The position numbers were made by a program, and so were the translations under genes. The notes beneath the pieces are model-generated. The model did not search any database. It was not told the origin of the DNA and saw nothing but the letters and a program-made list of their open reading frames with translations. A DNA stretch of 64,000 nt from a virus: IMG/VR virus record IMGVR_UViG_3300020438_000021, positions 1 through 64,000 of that record, one strand, 5' to 3'. This document shows positions 44,307-54,530 of the stretch, piece after piece; position 1 is the first letter of the stretch, and each line of letters starts with the position of its first letter.

Positions 44307-45147
44307 AACAAAGGCAATAACAACGAACGAGTCTGCAAAGGGGCAGTATGCTCTCCGAAAGGAGGCAATGCTTCAGCAGATTAAGGAATCACAGGAGAAT
44401 AACAAGTCTTACCTGTGTCTTGGTATTTGGGGAGAACCTAAATCCGCTAAGTCAGCAACGGCAATGGACCTACTGACTGATGAAGACATAAAGAACGGAC
44501 TACATGTTCTAGTGTTTGATTTCGACAACAGAGCAATAGATGTGAAGCGTAATCATTACGATAACAACGAGAACCTGATTGTCTACAATCCAATCGTAAG
44601 AAAGGATGGCAGTCTAGTGGACTTCGATGAAACGATGAACAACGCAAGAGCGTTCTATGAAATGGCAAAAGAGTATCTTGCAGAAGGTAAACTGAAGGCA
44701 GTCATCGTAGATGGAGCAGATAAACTCCTAACAGATGTCTGTGAAACTAAGATGCGTGAGAAGCATGGTATGGATGCTGATACAGTTATCAAGCAACCGC
44801 CTTATGTTTGGGGAGATAGAAACACTCCTTACAAGAACTTCTTGCATAAGCAGATATTAGAGATGCCTTGTCACCGAATAGTGATTGCTCACTCTAAAGA
44901 CAAGTATGCGGGTAATCCAAATCCCGTTGGTGTGGAGGCCAACTGGCATTCTACAACAGAAGATATCTTCACTGCAACAGTAAAGATGTCAAGAGACATC
45001 AGGAAGAATGGTGCTACCTTTACCGCTATGGTTGAGGCAAGTGCTAGGAAGCCTGAGATGATTGGAAAGAGATTGAGAGTCTTGACTATCGAAGATGGAA
45101 AGATAGATTGGACAGGATTCCCTGAAATCAAAGCAGGAGAACTTTGA
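44284..45147 (+). CDS. AAA_24/RecA-like ATPase (Sak4-like annealing protein)
   Basis: GEPKSAKS Walker A, FDFD, VIVDG Walker B, IAH. Confidence 0.7.
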   Translation: MSWTTTDKTKAITTNESAKGQYALRKEAMLQQIKESQENNKSYLCLGIWGEPKSAKSATAMDLLTDEDIKNGLHVLVFDFDNRAIDVKRNHYDNNENLIVYNPIVRKDGSLVDFDETMNNARAFYEMAKEYLAEGKLKAVIVDGADKLLTDVCETKMREKHGMDADTVIKQPPYVWGDRNTPYKNFLHKQILEMPCHRIVIAHSKDKYAGNPNPVGVEANWHSTTEDIFTATVKMSRDIRKNGATFTAMVEASARKPEMIGKRLRVLTIEDGKIDWTGFPEIKAGEL

Positions 45148-45162
45148 ACGTAATGTAGATGT

Positions 45163-45190
45163 GGGTAGGGGGGAAACCCCCTATCCCTTC
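45163..45190 (+). terminator. GC-rich GNRA hairpin between the ATPase and PCNA genes
   Basis: GGGTAGGGG-GGAAA-CCCCTATCC. Confidence 0.5.
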
Positions 45191-45211
45191 TGCTATTTAG
45201 GAGGAATGAAA

Positions 45212-45979
45212 ATGAGAATAGAAATAAACAATAAAACACTAACAAACGCAATAGAAGATGTATGGATGAAAGGAAAGTATCACAATGGCGATTCAGCAAA
45301 GAACGGTCAATTAACCGATTATGCAATGCTTGAACTCGTTGAAGGTAATATACTGAATCTATACAATGCTGACAATCAAACCATCTGTCGAGTGTCTGTA
45401 CCTATAATTAGTCAGACAAACGAAGACAGCAATAATATGGTTGTAGTAGAGATAGACAAGATACTCAAGTATCTTAAGACATTCACAGGAGACAGGGTTC
45501 AGTTAGTTGCTGAAGACTTTATCCTATTACAAGACGAAGGCGGAGGAAAGAGGGCAAGTTTACCACTAGTTGTTAATCATCCTAATGCAGCGATGATTGC
45601 TAGGATTCAAGGCTACACTATTACTCCTGAGAATCCTGTCTTTAGTAGTGTGGTCTTTGAGTCTATCATTACCACAGGCTCTAAGATACTAACAGATGCA
45701 ATCAAGACTTGTGATGTTATCAACAACGCAAAGTATCTGTTAGATACAGACAATCAACACTTCACCATTTCAAGCAGGAAGTCTGACATTGACAAGGTAG
45801 ATGTCATAGTTTCTACGCTATCTATGAATGGTGAATCAGCAACGGTAGAAGTAACTGGTCAGTTCCACAAGTTCTTTCGTGGTTCTGTTCCTGTGACTAT
45901 CTACTTGAAAGACGAGTCTCCTGTTATATGGGCAGGAGAGGATAGAATACTAATCAAAGCCCCATACATTACAAGGTGA
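45212..45979 (+). CDS. pcn: PCNA-like sliding clamp
   Basis: About 255 aa with clamp-like pattern (AD...CRV.VP; EIDKILKYLK; IYLKDESPV; IKAP); directly upstream of PolB. Confidence 0.75.
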   Translation: MRIEINNKTLTNAIEDVWMKGKYHNGDSAKNGQLTDYAMLELVEGNILNLYNADNQTICRVSVPIISQTNEDSNNMVVVEIDKILKYLKTFTGDRVQLVAEDFILLQDEGGGKRASLPLVVNHPNAAMIARIQGYTITPENPVFSSVVFESIITTGSKILTDAIKTCDVINNAKYLLDTDNQHFTISSRKSDIDKVDVIVSTLSMNGESATVEVTGQFHKFFRGSVPVTIYLKDESPVIWAGEDRILIKAPYITR

Positions 45980-47664
45980 TTACAATGATAATAGCAAACA
46001 CGAAAGAAGGTATCTTCCTGAGATGGAGAGATGCAGAGAAGAAGGTTGTAGAGGAAGAGATTCCCTATGCCGACTTCTCTCCATATTTCTTTGTGGAGGC
46101 TTCTAATATCGTTAATGTTGACGCTGAATCTAAGGTTTTCTTGAAAGAGGGATACCAACAGAAGGATAAGTTTCCTGCAACTCTAACTTATGAGAGCGGT
46201 GATTGGGTAAACCTTCAAGGTGATTCACTTGTGAAAGTGACATGGACACCACATAAAACTATGAAATCCGATGCTAGGAATGTAACGAGTAAAGTTAGAG
46301 CATACTATCATGATAGAGACATACCAACGTATGAAGCAGATGTTCAACACCATTATCGATATGCTGTCGATAGATTGGATAAACTGAACGATTACAATCT
46401 AAGGAAATGGTATTGGGATATGGAATGGATGCAAGGTGGAGAGCATGATGGTGCGATTACTGCTATCGTTGTCTACGATAACTATGATGATGAGTATTAC
46501 ACATTGACATGGCTTCCTGATTCAAGTGAGACTGAGAGAACAGTGCTTGAGAGATTCATGTTGATGCTAACTGAGAAAGACCCTGACATGCTTATCTCAT
46601 GGTTCGGTTGGAAGTTCGATGTACCTAAGTTAATCGAGAGGCTACACACAAATGGAATCGACCCAAGACTACTATCTCCTGTTCACGAAGTAACAGGTGT
46701 TGAATGGAATATCAAGGAGAGAAAGAGAATACTGAAGACTAAGCAGATAGAGAACTACTCTCCGATTGCTCAACCAATCAAAGGTAGAATATGCGTACCT
46801 CTAGACTTGGCCTTTGAGAGACAATGGAATGATGCACAAAGAGGAACTTTACCTTCACTGTCACTAGACTATGTTTCAGAGTATGTCTTAGGTGAGAAGA
46901 AACTAGTGAGCGAGAAGTTTCCCGATAAGAATGAGTTCTTCAGGAGAGGCTGGCAAGAAGACAATGAGACATATCTAGAGTATGCCTTGAAAGACGTTGA
47001 ACTAATCAAGAGGATAGACGATGAGAACTTCACAACTGAAGCAATACTCTCGTTACAACGTTTACTGATTGCACCGTTCGATGCTTGCTTCTACGCTAGT
47101 AACATGGGTGGAATATACTTCATGAGAAATGCCTCATGGAAAGCACCTACGGGCAGGAAAGGAGACAGGGTAGAGTATGATGGTGCGATGGTCTATGACC
47201 CGCTTAGTGAAGGCACAAATGGTCTTCATTTGGGTGTTGCAGCATTTGACTTCGCTGGTCTGTATCCAAGCATGATGATTGCAAGAAATATCTCTTGGGA
47301 GACTAAGTCTCAGACACCTACACAATTTGGTGTAAATCTTAGAACACCAAAAGACTTCTCTAAGGTAGAAGACTATGACATGAGATACTACAATAGTAAT
47401 GAACTAGGGTTATTGCCAAAAGCAGTTCTAGAGTTGAAAGAACTGAGAAACGAATACAAAATGAAAATGAAAGAAAGTGAAAGTAAAAGTGAATATGTGA
47501 AATGGAACAACAACCAACTTGCAGTCAAGAGATTGATGGCATCCTTCTATGGTATCATTGCGTATCAGGGATTCGGTTGGGCTGATGTTGATTTAGCGGC
47601 AAGCATCACTGCTAGTGCTAGAGAAGCCATTCGCATTGCAGCATTCAAAGTGAGGGAACTATAA
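45976..47664 (+). CDS. polB: family B DNA polymerase, N-terminal part (3'-5' exonuclease + motifs A, B)
   Basis: WDME, FDVP, YALKD exonuclease motifs; FDFAGLYPS; KRLMASFYG. Confidence 0.92.
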   Translation: MITMIIANTKEGIFLRWRDAEKKVVEEEIPYADFSPYFFVEASNIVNVDAESKVFLKEGYQQKDKFPATLTYESGDWVNLQGDSLVKVTWTPHKTMKSDARNVTSKVRAYYHDRDIPTYEADVQHHYRYAVDRLDKLNDYNLRKWYWDMEWMQGGEHDGAITAIVVYDNYDDEYYTLTWLPDSSETERTVLERFMLMLTEKDPDMLISWFGWKFDVPKLIERLHTNGIDPRLLSPVHEVTGVEWNIKERKRILKTKQIENYSPIAQPIKGRICVPLDLAFERQWNDAQRGTLPSLSLDYVSEYVLGEKKLVSEKFPDKNEFFRRGWQEDNETYLEYALKDVELIKRIDDENFTTEAILSLQRLLIAPFDACFYASNMGGIYFMRNASWKAPTGRKGDRVEYDGAMVYDPLSEGTNGLHLGVAAFDFAGLYPSMMIARNISWETKSQTPTQFGVNLRTPKDFSKVEDYDMRYYNSNELGLLPKAVLELKELRNEYKMKMKESESKSEYVKWNNNQLAVKRLMASFYGIIAYQGFGWADVDLAASITASAREAIRIAAFKVREL

Positions 47665-47861
47665 TGCCAATAAAGAGTGCAAGCATTGACTTCTCAAAGG
47701 TCAAGGAAGAGAAATTGTCTGAGTCGGAGTTAAGAAAGCAAGCAATTCGTCAGTTAATGAAGGACAGCAGGGCAATAGCAAGGACAACTAGCAAGATTGT
47801 CGCTGGTTTTGTCTTCTTGTATGGTTTGGTTTCACTTTTACAGGATGTGAATGTAATATGA
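47664..47861 (+). CDS. small membrane protein inside the split polB
   Basis: C-terminal TM segment. Confidence 0.6.
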   Translation: MPIKSASIDFSKVKEEKLSESELRKQAIRQLMKDSRAIARTTSKIVAGFVFLYGLVSLLQDVNVI

Positions 47862-47974
47862 ATATAGAAAAGTGGTCACAAGACAGATTTGCAACACTAG
47901 CATTGGCTAGAACAGTATTTGGCTTTCTAAAAGTCATAATTGCAGTAATTGTAGCAGTGGAGTTGGTATTATGA
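47858..47974 (+). CDS. 38-aa membrane micro-protein inside the split polB
   Basis: Translated by hand: MNIEKWSQDRF...IIAVIVAVELVL; ATGA overlaps on both ends. Confidence 0.55.
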   Translation: MNIEKWSQDRFATLALARTVFGFLKVIIAVIVAVELVL

Positions 47975-48906
47975 AGGTAGTTTATGGACATACGGACTCG
48001 ATTTACGTTGATATTGAAGACAACAGCATTGAAACTGCTGAAAAGGCGTTGAAAATACTGAATGAACATGTTAGAGAGGCATTTCCTAATGTAATGGGCT
48101 TGAAGGAACATCCTGTAACACTAGAGTTTGAGAAATACTTCAGAACTTTAGGTGTTGGAGCAACAAAAAATAGAAATGCAGGTCTAATTACTTGGAAAGA
48201 TGGTAACTTCCTTGATGAAGAAGAGTTTGTGATGACAGGATTCACTGCAAAGAGGGTTTCTCTGACTAAACTAGCCAAAGATGTTCAATTGTCAGTGCTT
48301 AACATGTGGGTTGAGGGTAAATCGGAGCAAGAAATAGTCTCTTATCTGAATGATAAGTACAATTCTGTCATGCAAGGTAAGATTCCACTATCAGATGTTC
48401 TACAAAGAAGTAGATTCCGTGAAGAAAGGTTCAGATTAGTATGCAAGGTATGCAATCCAAAGGCTAGATTCGACAAAGGATGGAGTAACAAGTCAGTTAG
48501 TGTGTTTGACTTGATGCAACATGGTGGATGTATAGATGACATGGGTAGAGTAATGGAGCATTCTAACTTCGTTACTGTTGGAGGCAAGCGACCAACATTT
48601 GGTTCGGGAGTTGAGGGAGTGCTGTTTAGCCATTCACAGGGATATGAAAAGATAGAGGATACCTATCTTTATCTTAGAATCAAGAATTGCAGGGAGCATT
48701 ACATGCATCCTGTAACTAGGGAGTTCACAACTCCCAATTATGTATCTAGATTAACTGCCGATGAGTTTGATGACTTTGACCCTGATTGGTCACATTATGC
48801 AGAATCGGTAGTTAAGAAAGCAGAACCTATCTTCAGAGCAATGGGATGGAACACAATGCAGATAAAAAGAGACACACAGCAATCCTCTTTGGAGGAGTGG
48901 TTTTGA
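47971..48906 (+). CDS. polB: family B DNA polymerase, C-terminal part (motif C, thumb, PIP box)
   Basis: VVYGHTDS, LEFEK, KNRNAG; C-terminal QSSLEEWF. Confidence 0.9.
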   Translation: MKVVYGHTDSIYVDIEDNSIETAEKALKILNEHVREAFPNVMGLKEHPVTLEFEKYFRTLGVGATKNRNAGLITWKDGNFLDEEEFVMTGFTAKRVSLTKLAKDVQLSVLNMWVEGKSEQEIVSYLNDKYNSVMQGKIPLSDVLQRSRFREERFRLVCKVCNPKARFDKGWSNKSVSVFDLMQHGGCIDDMGRVMEHSNFVTVGGKRPTFGSGVEGVLFSHSQGYEKIEDTYLYLRIKNCREHYMHPVTREFTTPNYVSRLTADEFDDFDPDWSHYAESVVKKAEPIFRAMGWNTMQIKRDTQQSSLEEWF

Positions 48907-48927
48907 GAATAAAAGGAGTGAGAATAA

Positions 48928-49809
48928 ATGAGACAAAGTAATACAAATGAATACACATACCAATGGAAGCCTGAGAATTACGGACAAGAAGGAGAACCAA
49001 TTTTGAAGATATCGAAGTCTTCTTTGGGTTCTTATCAATGGTGTCCTAAGAGATACGAGTTTCAATATGTTGAAAGAAGACCAATAGAAACAACAGAAGT
49101 GATGATTAAAGGAAGCATAATACACAATGCTAGAGAAGCATTCTTCAATTCCTTTGACATAAAGAAGGCTGAGAATCTCTCGCATGAAGAACTTGTCAAC
49201 TACTGTATGAGTCTCCATCCAATAGATGATTATACTGAGATGTATGAAGCAATGTCTATCTTTGAAGCAAACAGGTTTATGGAATCGAGTGCAGAAGGCA
49301 CAACCCATGATTTCGTTCCTGTTGTCAATGAGGTAATGTTAGATGCTAAGATTGAGATAGGTAGGAATGAGAATCCAAAGTACGAACTTTCTCAGAACTA
49401 CACTGTTCACTTACAGGGAATCATTGACAGGATGTTCAAGGAAGGTGACAGATACATCCCTATGGAATTGAAGACTGGTGGTTGGAAAGACTGGAAGAAG
49501 ACTATGATGCGTAAAGAGATGGCATTCTACAAAATACTGTTTGAGAATACTCCTAATAATGAGTTAGAGGAAATGGGTATTGACCCTAACTTACCCATCT
49601 CTCATTGGGGTTGGTACTATCCTGCTGCCAATTACATCTATGTTGAAGATGCCAAGAAGAGTAGTATGACTGCTGTTAAGAAAGGGATAGCAGAAATGAT
49701 ACATTCCTATGAAACTGGGATATTCCCAACGAAGTATTTTGCAAAGACTTGTTCTAATTGTAGTTTCTTCGGCATTTGCGATGCCGCTAACACAGAGAGT
49801 TGGTTCTAA
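48928..49809 (+). CDS. Cas4/AddB-like PD-(D/E)XK exonuclease with 4Fe-4S cysteines
   Basis: CPKRY, G...H, GIIDR, ELKTG, CSNCSFFGIC. Confidence 0.85.
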   Translation: MRQSNTNEYTYQWKPENYGQEGEPILKISKSSLGSYQWCPKRYEFQYVERRPIETTEVMIKGSIIHNAREAFFNSFDIKKAENLSHEELVNYCMSLHPIDDYTEMYEAMSIFEANRFMESSAEGTTHDFVPVVNEVMLDAKIEIGRNENPKYELSQNYTVHLQGIIDRMFKEGDRYIPMELKTGGWKDWKKTMMRKEMAFYKILFENTPNNELEEMGIDPNLPISHWGWYYPAANYIYVEDAKKSSMTAVKKGIAEMIHSYETGIFPTKYFAKTCSNCSFFGICDAANTESWF

Positions 49810-49908
49810 TGAAACTACTAAGTAGACTATGGGCTTTCTTATCAGAAGGCAACGGAATGACTTGGGAGCAGTATCGTGAAAACAAGAGGAAAGTAAGGAG
49901 GAATAAAA

Positions 49909-50283
49909 ATGATAGATAGAATGGTAAGAGAAGAATTGAATCAAAAGGTATGGTCTTTCTCAGAGATAGCAAATGTTTCTGAGACTGTTGATAATATAGC
50001 ACAGTCATTATATGATAAGATGCCAACAACAGACAAACTGAAAATGATTTGGGAAACAGATGTATTTGCTGAAGATAGAACACCCTTTGGTCAGATATAT
50101 ATGAATACAGTAATGACAGAATTAAGAATAAAAATAGCAGAAGTCGTTAGAGTAGAATTACTTGAAGCGAAGGTCTCGTTTAAGGAGGTTAATAAAAATG
50201 AAAATGCCAAGAGAAGTGTGGGCGGGAAGTCATCTAAGAAACGCACCACAAATGAAAAGAAGAGTAGTGAAGACGAAGAGTGA
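49909..50283 (+). CDS. hypothetical protein
   Basis: GGAGG RBS. Confidence 0.6.
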   Translation: MIDRMVREELNQKVWSFSEIANVSETVDNIAQSLYDKMPTTDKLKMIWETDVFAEDRTPFGQIYMNTVMTELRIKIAEVVRVELLEAKVSFKEVNKNENAKRSVGGKSSKKRTTNEKKSSEDEE

Positions 50284-51208
50284 GTTTGTTAACTGGTTCA
50301 ATTCCTTTAATGGGAAGATGAACTGCTATACGACAGTCTATGACTTTGAACACTTCAAGAACGAGGTGAAGATGGAAAACTCTGTTGTATTAGATAGAGC
50401 GTTTCTAGATTTCGATGCCCATGATGAACCACTAGAGAATGCTTATGAAGACTTGAAGAATGTGATATCTAAATTAACGTTAGAGGACATTATATTCAAA
50501 ATGTATTTTAGTGGAAAAGGCTTCCATGTCTTTGTCTATGGAGAACCAGTAGATGATATCAGAAGCATTCAGCAGTATTATTCCGAAATCAGTGATGGTA
50601 TTGATACGCTTGATAGAACGGGTATCCAAACTAATAGACTAAGAAGACTACCAAACTCAATGAATCTAAGTAGTTCTGATGAGAATGGTAATCCCTACTT
50701 CTGTATACCTCTTCTAATTGAAGACTTTGAAGGTAATCTAGATGATATATTGGGAATGGCTAAGAGACCTAGAAAGGTAGTATCGAGTAATGGGACTAAA
50801 CTAGCAGTGTTCCCTGAGATGAAACCAATCGAAATGAGCGACATTGAAGTAGAGATTCCTACTCCTGTCGGTAAGATTCCAATCCTTCCATGTCTACACA
50901 ATGCTATCATGGTTGAGAATCCTAGTCACTATGCTAGAGTATACCTCGTTCAGTGGTATCGTGACCTACTAAGTATGGGTAACAGGAATCCTACTCCTGA
51001 GCAGAACAAACAAATCACAACTACCATAATGAGTGAACTTGACACAATAGCATCAAAAACCGACATATGGCTTGATTGGAATGCGCCTACTACTGAGAGG
51101 TATGTTAGGGGAATCGTTGACAAAGGCTACAATGCTCCAAGTTGTGGCAATGTTCTGATTCCTCAAGGCTACTGCGTAGGAAAGTGTTGGAGGTATCATG
51201 ATGGATAA
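50198..51208 (+). CDS. archaeo-eukaryotic primase (PriS with fused PriL-like C-terminal Fe-S domain)
   Basis: FLDFD, SGKGFH, RLRRLPNS; PC...YNAPSC...CVGKC. Confidence 0.85.
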   Translation: MKMPREVWAGSHLRNAPQMKRRVVKTKSEFVNWFNSFNGKMNCYTTVYDFEHFKNEVKMENSVVLDRAFLDFDAHDEPLENAYEDLKNVISKLTLEDIIFKMYFSGKGFHVFVYGEPVDDIRSIQQYYSEISDGIDTLDRTGIQTNRLRRLPNSMNLSSSDENGNPYFCIPLLIEDFEGNLDDILGMAKRPRKVVSSNGTKLAVFPEMKPIEMSDIEVEIPTPVGKIPILPCLHNAIMVENPSHYARVYLVQWYRDLLSMGNRNPTPEQNKQITTTIMSELDTIASKTDIWLDWNAPTTERYVRGIVDKGYNAPSCGNVLIPQGYCVGKCWRYHDG

Positions 51209-51890
51209 ACTAAAGATTGACAGCAGAGAAGACTCAGAACTCTCTGAATTAGTGGAGACTTACTGTAACGAGTTGACCATACCATACGAGAAAGAATGGT
51301 TGGATATTGGGGACTACACCTTTGCTGATGTTTGTTTTGAAGCGAAGTCCACGTTTGATTTCCTCTCATCTGTGATTAACAAAAGACTTTGGAATCAGTT
51401 GGATAACATGGATGCCAAGTTCGTCAACAATGTTGTTATTGTATACGGTAGTTTCAACGATGCTTTAGAAAACCACTTGCATTATGTCAACAACAAAGCA
51501 GGACAAGCAAGAATGCTAAGAAACAAGTTTGATGGCGCATTCGGTAAGATAATACTAGACACTGATGCAAACATAATTTGGGTTTCATCTGCTAGGCAAG
51601 CAGCGAGATTGATTGCTGTTGTTTGCAAGATGCACCCAATAGATAGGGAGATTCACACGCCTTCTATAATTAGAAAGCGTATAGCAACTACCGATTTGAG
51701 AATAGATGTGCTATGCACAGTAAAGGGCATAAGCCCTAAGAAAGCAAAACTCCTGATGGAAAAGTTCGGCTCTATCATGGAGATAGGAGAAGCATCCATA
51801 GAAGAAATATGTGAACTGGATGGTTTCGGTAAAGTGTTGGCTAAGAGGCTAATAGATGTGCTGAACAAAGAAGATAAAATGGTGATATAA
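51198..51890 (+). CDS. ERCC4/XPF-family nuclease with HhH2
   Basis: IDSRE, GDY, EAKS; VKGIS/LDGFG HhH. Confidence 0.85.
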   Translation: MMDKLKIDSREDSELSELVETYCNELTIPYEKEWLDIGDYTFADVCFEAKSTFDFLSSVINKRLWNQLDNMDAKFVNNVVIVYGSFNDALENHLHYVNNKAGQARMLRNKFDGAFGKIILDTDANIIWVSSARQAARLIAVVCKMHPIDREIHTPSIIRKRIATTDLRIDVLCTVKGISPKKAKLLMEKFGSIMEIGEASIEEICELDGFGKVLAKRLIDVLNKEDKMVI

Positions 51891-53360
51891 ATGAATAATG
51901 ATAATGATGAATATAATGAAGACCGACTATACTATGAAGGATTGAGCGAAGATGCAATCGTTCCAATAGAGAAGAAAAACAGTCTACCGAAGGTAGTAGA
52001 ACAATATGTGAAAGATGCGGCAGACATGTCCAAGTATAATGAGATACCAGCAGCGATTGGTTTCTTTGTTATCTTAGGTCAGTTATCGAAGGATATGATT
52101 TCCATACCAAGCGGAACAAGAAGAGATGACACAAGGATACATTTCCTGTGGATGCAGACTTCGGGAACTGGTAAGACTGAGATGTATAACTTCTTTGGAC
52201 CAATTGCAAAGGAAGCCATGCGTTTGATTAATGCTAAACATCGAACTAACTTTGATGTGTTTTCTGTGGACGATGCCACCGATGCTGCACTGATTGGTTC
52301 TAATGAAAAGGAAAGAGTAGAGGTAGAAGACGAAAATGGAAATACGTCTTGGGAAGAACAACTAGTTCAGATAGATGGTGGTTTAGAAGGTAGTGGATTG
52401 ATTGCTTATGATGAGTTTGAATACTCAGGAGTCTTCAAGGCTTCTCAACATAAAGAGAATGTAATCATGTATTTAAACAAACTAATGAACACTCTGTATG
52501 GTGAGAACTGGATTATACAGAAGAAACTGCGTCAAGGTGATATGATTGAATGCAGAAGTCAAAGAAGTCTCTATGCAACTACATACATCCCAAAGACCCT
52601 AACTAGCATTATAGCAGAGAAGGGAGTAATTCAAAGAACTCTAATTTACATCAGAGAAGTTCCACAGGAAATACAGGATGAATTGAGAGAAATGATTCTA
52701 GATGAGATAGGAACAATCAAACCAAGGAATGCTCCTATTCAGAAACAGGCTAACAACTTCGCTTTGATTTATGATGCTCTGAAAGAAAGATACGAAGATG
52801 CTGGTAATGACCCCTTACACACAATGAGATTTGGTAGGGGATTCAATGACGCATTGAAGAATGAATCTAACAAAATGAGAAACTATGTATCAAGCAGTAG
52901 ACCTGAAGTGTTCGAGATTGCTGGTAACTTTATCACAAGGTTAAATCAAACCATGACTAGGCTCGCAGTTCTATGTTGTGTGGCCGAAGCACCCAATATC
53001 AAGGACAAAGAAAAGAGGTTCATTGTGACCGAAAGGCATGTGCGTCAAGCCTCTTCGGTTATTCGACAATGCTATAAATCGCTGGTAACGTGGCTTGATG
53101 TAGCCTTGAAGGTGAAGGCAACTGCTTTACATGAGAAAGTTAATGTTAATGCGTTTAAGATGGCGTATAATAAGTTGCTAAGAGAAGATGATGATGGTTG
53201 GGTGAATAAAGCACTATTGTTAGAAAAAGTAAGGAAAGATACTAAGAAAGGACAAGCAACCATATACAGACAGTTTAAGGAGATTTCAGATATGTTCGAT
53301 AACAAGAAAATCGGCATACGAGCATATGTGAGAATGAAAAATAAGGAGGAAAAAGAATGA
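51891..53360 (+). CDS. MCM-like AAA+ replicative helicase
   Basis: SGTGKT, AALIG, YDEFE, IQR; C-terminal wHTH-like region. Confidence 0.7.
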   Translation: MNNDNDEYNEDRLYYEGLSEDAIVPIEKKNSLPKVVEQYVKDAADMSKYNEIPAAIGFFVILGQLSKDMISIPSGTRRDDTRIHFLWMQTSGTGKTEMYNFFGPIAKEAMRLINAKHRTNFDVFSVDDATDAALIGSNEKERVEVEDENGNTSWEEQLVQIDGGLEGSGLIAYDEFEYSGVFKASQHKENVIMYLNKLMNTLYGENWIIQKKLRQGDMIECRSQRSLYATTYIPKTLTSIIAEKGVIQRTLIYIREVPQEIQDELREMILDEIGTIKPRNAPIQKQANNFALIYDALKERYEDAGNDPLHTMRFGRGFNDALKNESNKMRNYVSSSRPEVFEIAGNFITRLNQTMTRLAVLCCVAEAPNIKDKEKRFIVTERHVRQASSVIRQCYKSLVTWLDVALKVKATALHEKVNVNAFKMAYNKLLREDDDGWVNKALLLEKVRKDTKKGQATIYRQFKEISDMFDNKKIGIRAYVRMKNKEEKE

Positions 53361-53608
53361 CAAAAAAAGATACATACGAACATCAATTCTTGGTGTTTAA
53401 CGTAAGTGATGGCCCAAAAACGATAAATGAGTCCCTGAACACATATGGGAACGATGGATGGTATCTATCAACGATGATAACAGTCGGTGGTGGAGAACAT
53501 CTAGTAGCATGGATGGTTAAACCAAACCTAATCCAAGCACCAAACCCAAAAGAGGCTCAGGCTAAGAAGATAGCAGGACTATGGACAGGGGAAAGTGGTG
53601 ACGAGTGA
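53357..53608 (+). CDS. DUF4177-like protein
   Basis: YE...LNTYGNDGWYL. Confidence 0.6.
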   Translation: MTKKDTYEHQFLVFNVSDGPKTINESLNTYGNDGWYLSTMITVGGGEHLVAWMVKPNLIQAPNPKEAQAKKIAGLWTGESGDE

Positions 53609-54198
53609 ACGTCTTAGCCCTTGATATTGAAACTAAAAACTACTCTCATGAAATTGGGGGTTGGGGTAATACTCACATGTTTCAAGTATCTACTGTATGC
53701 ACATGGGATGGAAGCACTGGAACAGTGTATATCGATGAACCGATATCATCCATACGCAAATCAAACGTAGTAGTCAAACCATTATCAGAACTAAAGTTTG
53801 ACTTGGATACACATCGACAGAACGATGGTGTCTTGTTAGGACACAATATTGTTTCTTTCGATTTGGCTGTGTTGAAAAATGCAATGGATATTTATTGCAT
53901 TAAGGAATACCTAGATAAGAAAGCATACATCGATACCAGTAGAATACTGAATAAGGGATATGGCGAGAGATTCAGTCTTTCCAATCTTGTTCATCACACA
54001 TTAGGTGCTGAGAAGTTAATGGAAAGTGCTGATGCTCCCCTAGTTTGGAAAGCAGGTAGATACACTGAAGTAGCAGATTACTGTCTCAAGGATTGTGAAT
54101 TGGTCTATGACCTATGGGTATACGGCAAAGAAAACAACATAGTCAAAGGGTTTTCCATAGAAGAAGAAAAAGCAAAAGAATTGGAGGTGGAGTGGTAG
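53605..54198 (+). CDS. DEDD 3'-5' exonuclease (RNase_H_2/YprB-like)
   Basis: LDIET, GHNIVSFD, YCLKD. Confidence 0.85.
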   Translation: MNVLALDIETKNYSHEIGGWGNTHMFQVSTVCTWDGSTGTVYIDEPISSIRKSNVVVKPLSELKFDLDTHRQNDGVLLGHNIVSFDLAVLKNAMDIYCIKEYLDKKAYIDTSRILNKGYGERFSLSNLVHHTLGAEKLMESADAPLVWKAGRYTEVADYCLKDCELVYDLWVYGKENNIVKGFSIEEEKAKELEVEW

Positions 54199-54357
54199 AT
54201 GAGTCCGTGGGAATGGTTCGGATGGATTGTGTTCGTCATCATAATTTCTCTTTTATTCTTCGCTGCGTTTGGTAACAGTAAATACACTGAATCCACCATC
54301 GAAGAGTATATGGAGAACTTGATTGAAGACGAGCGTGTTCGCAGTGGCCCTCGTTAA
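54199..54357 (+). CDS. 52-aa single-TM protein
   Basis: Translated by hand; GGTGG RBS. Confidence 0.55.
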   Translation: MSPWEWFGWIVFVIIISLLFFAAFGNSKYTESTIEEYMENLIEDERVRSGPR

Positions 54358-54481
54358 AACTTGCTTTCAGTGTTCTAGGGAAACTATTCCTAGAAGAATA
54401 GAAGGCAAGGTAGTTGGCTCTTCTGAGACTTTGCACATATGGCAGTGCAGAGAATGTAAAGCGTTGTGGTCTAGTAATTAA
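54344..54481 (+). CDS. 45-aa Zn-ribbon protein (CFQC...WQCRECKALW)
   Basis: Translated by hand. Confidence 0.5.
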   Translation: MALVKTCFQCSRETIPRRIEGKVVGSSETLHIWQCRECKALWSSN

Positions 54482-54499
54482 TTTTACTAGGCCACCTCG

Positions 54500-54530
54500 C
54501 CTTTTTTTTGGTTTTTTTTGGGTAATTTTC
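54500..54530 (+). terminator. T-tract terminator at the end of the replication operon
   Basis: T8-GG-T8 after the last coupled gene. Confidence 0.55.

Noticed and set aside
44284-44310. MSWTTTDK as another WxxILK tag
   Set aside because: It lacks the hydrophobic positions and lies in the replication operon.
47664-47974. Split intein or intron in polB
   Set aside because: No Cys/Ser...His-Asn intein termini; the gap is filled by two coupled membrane ORFs.
48928-49809. Cas4 as evidence of a CRISPR-Cas system
   Set aside because: It is a solo Cas4-like nuclease in the replisome, with no other cas genes or array.
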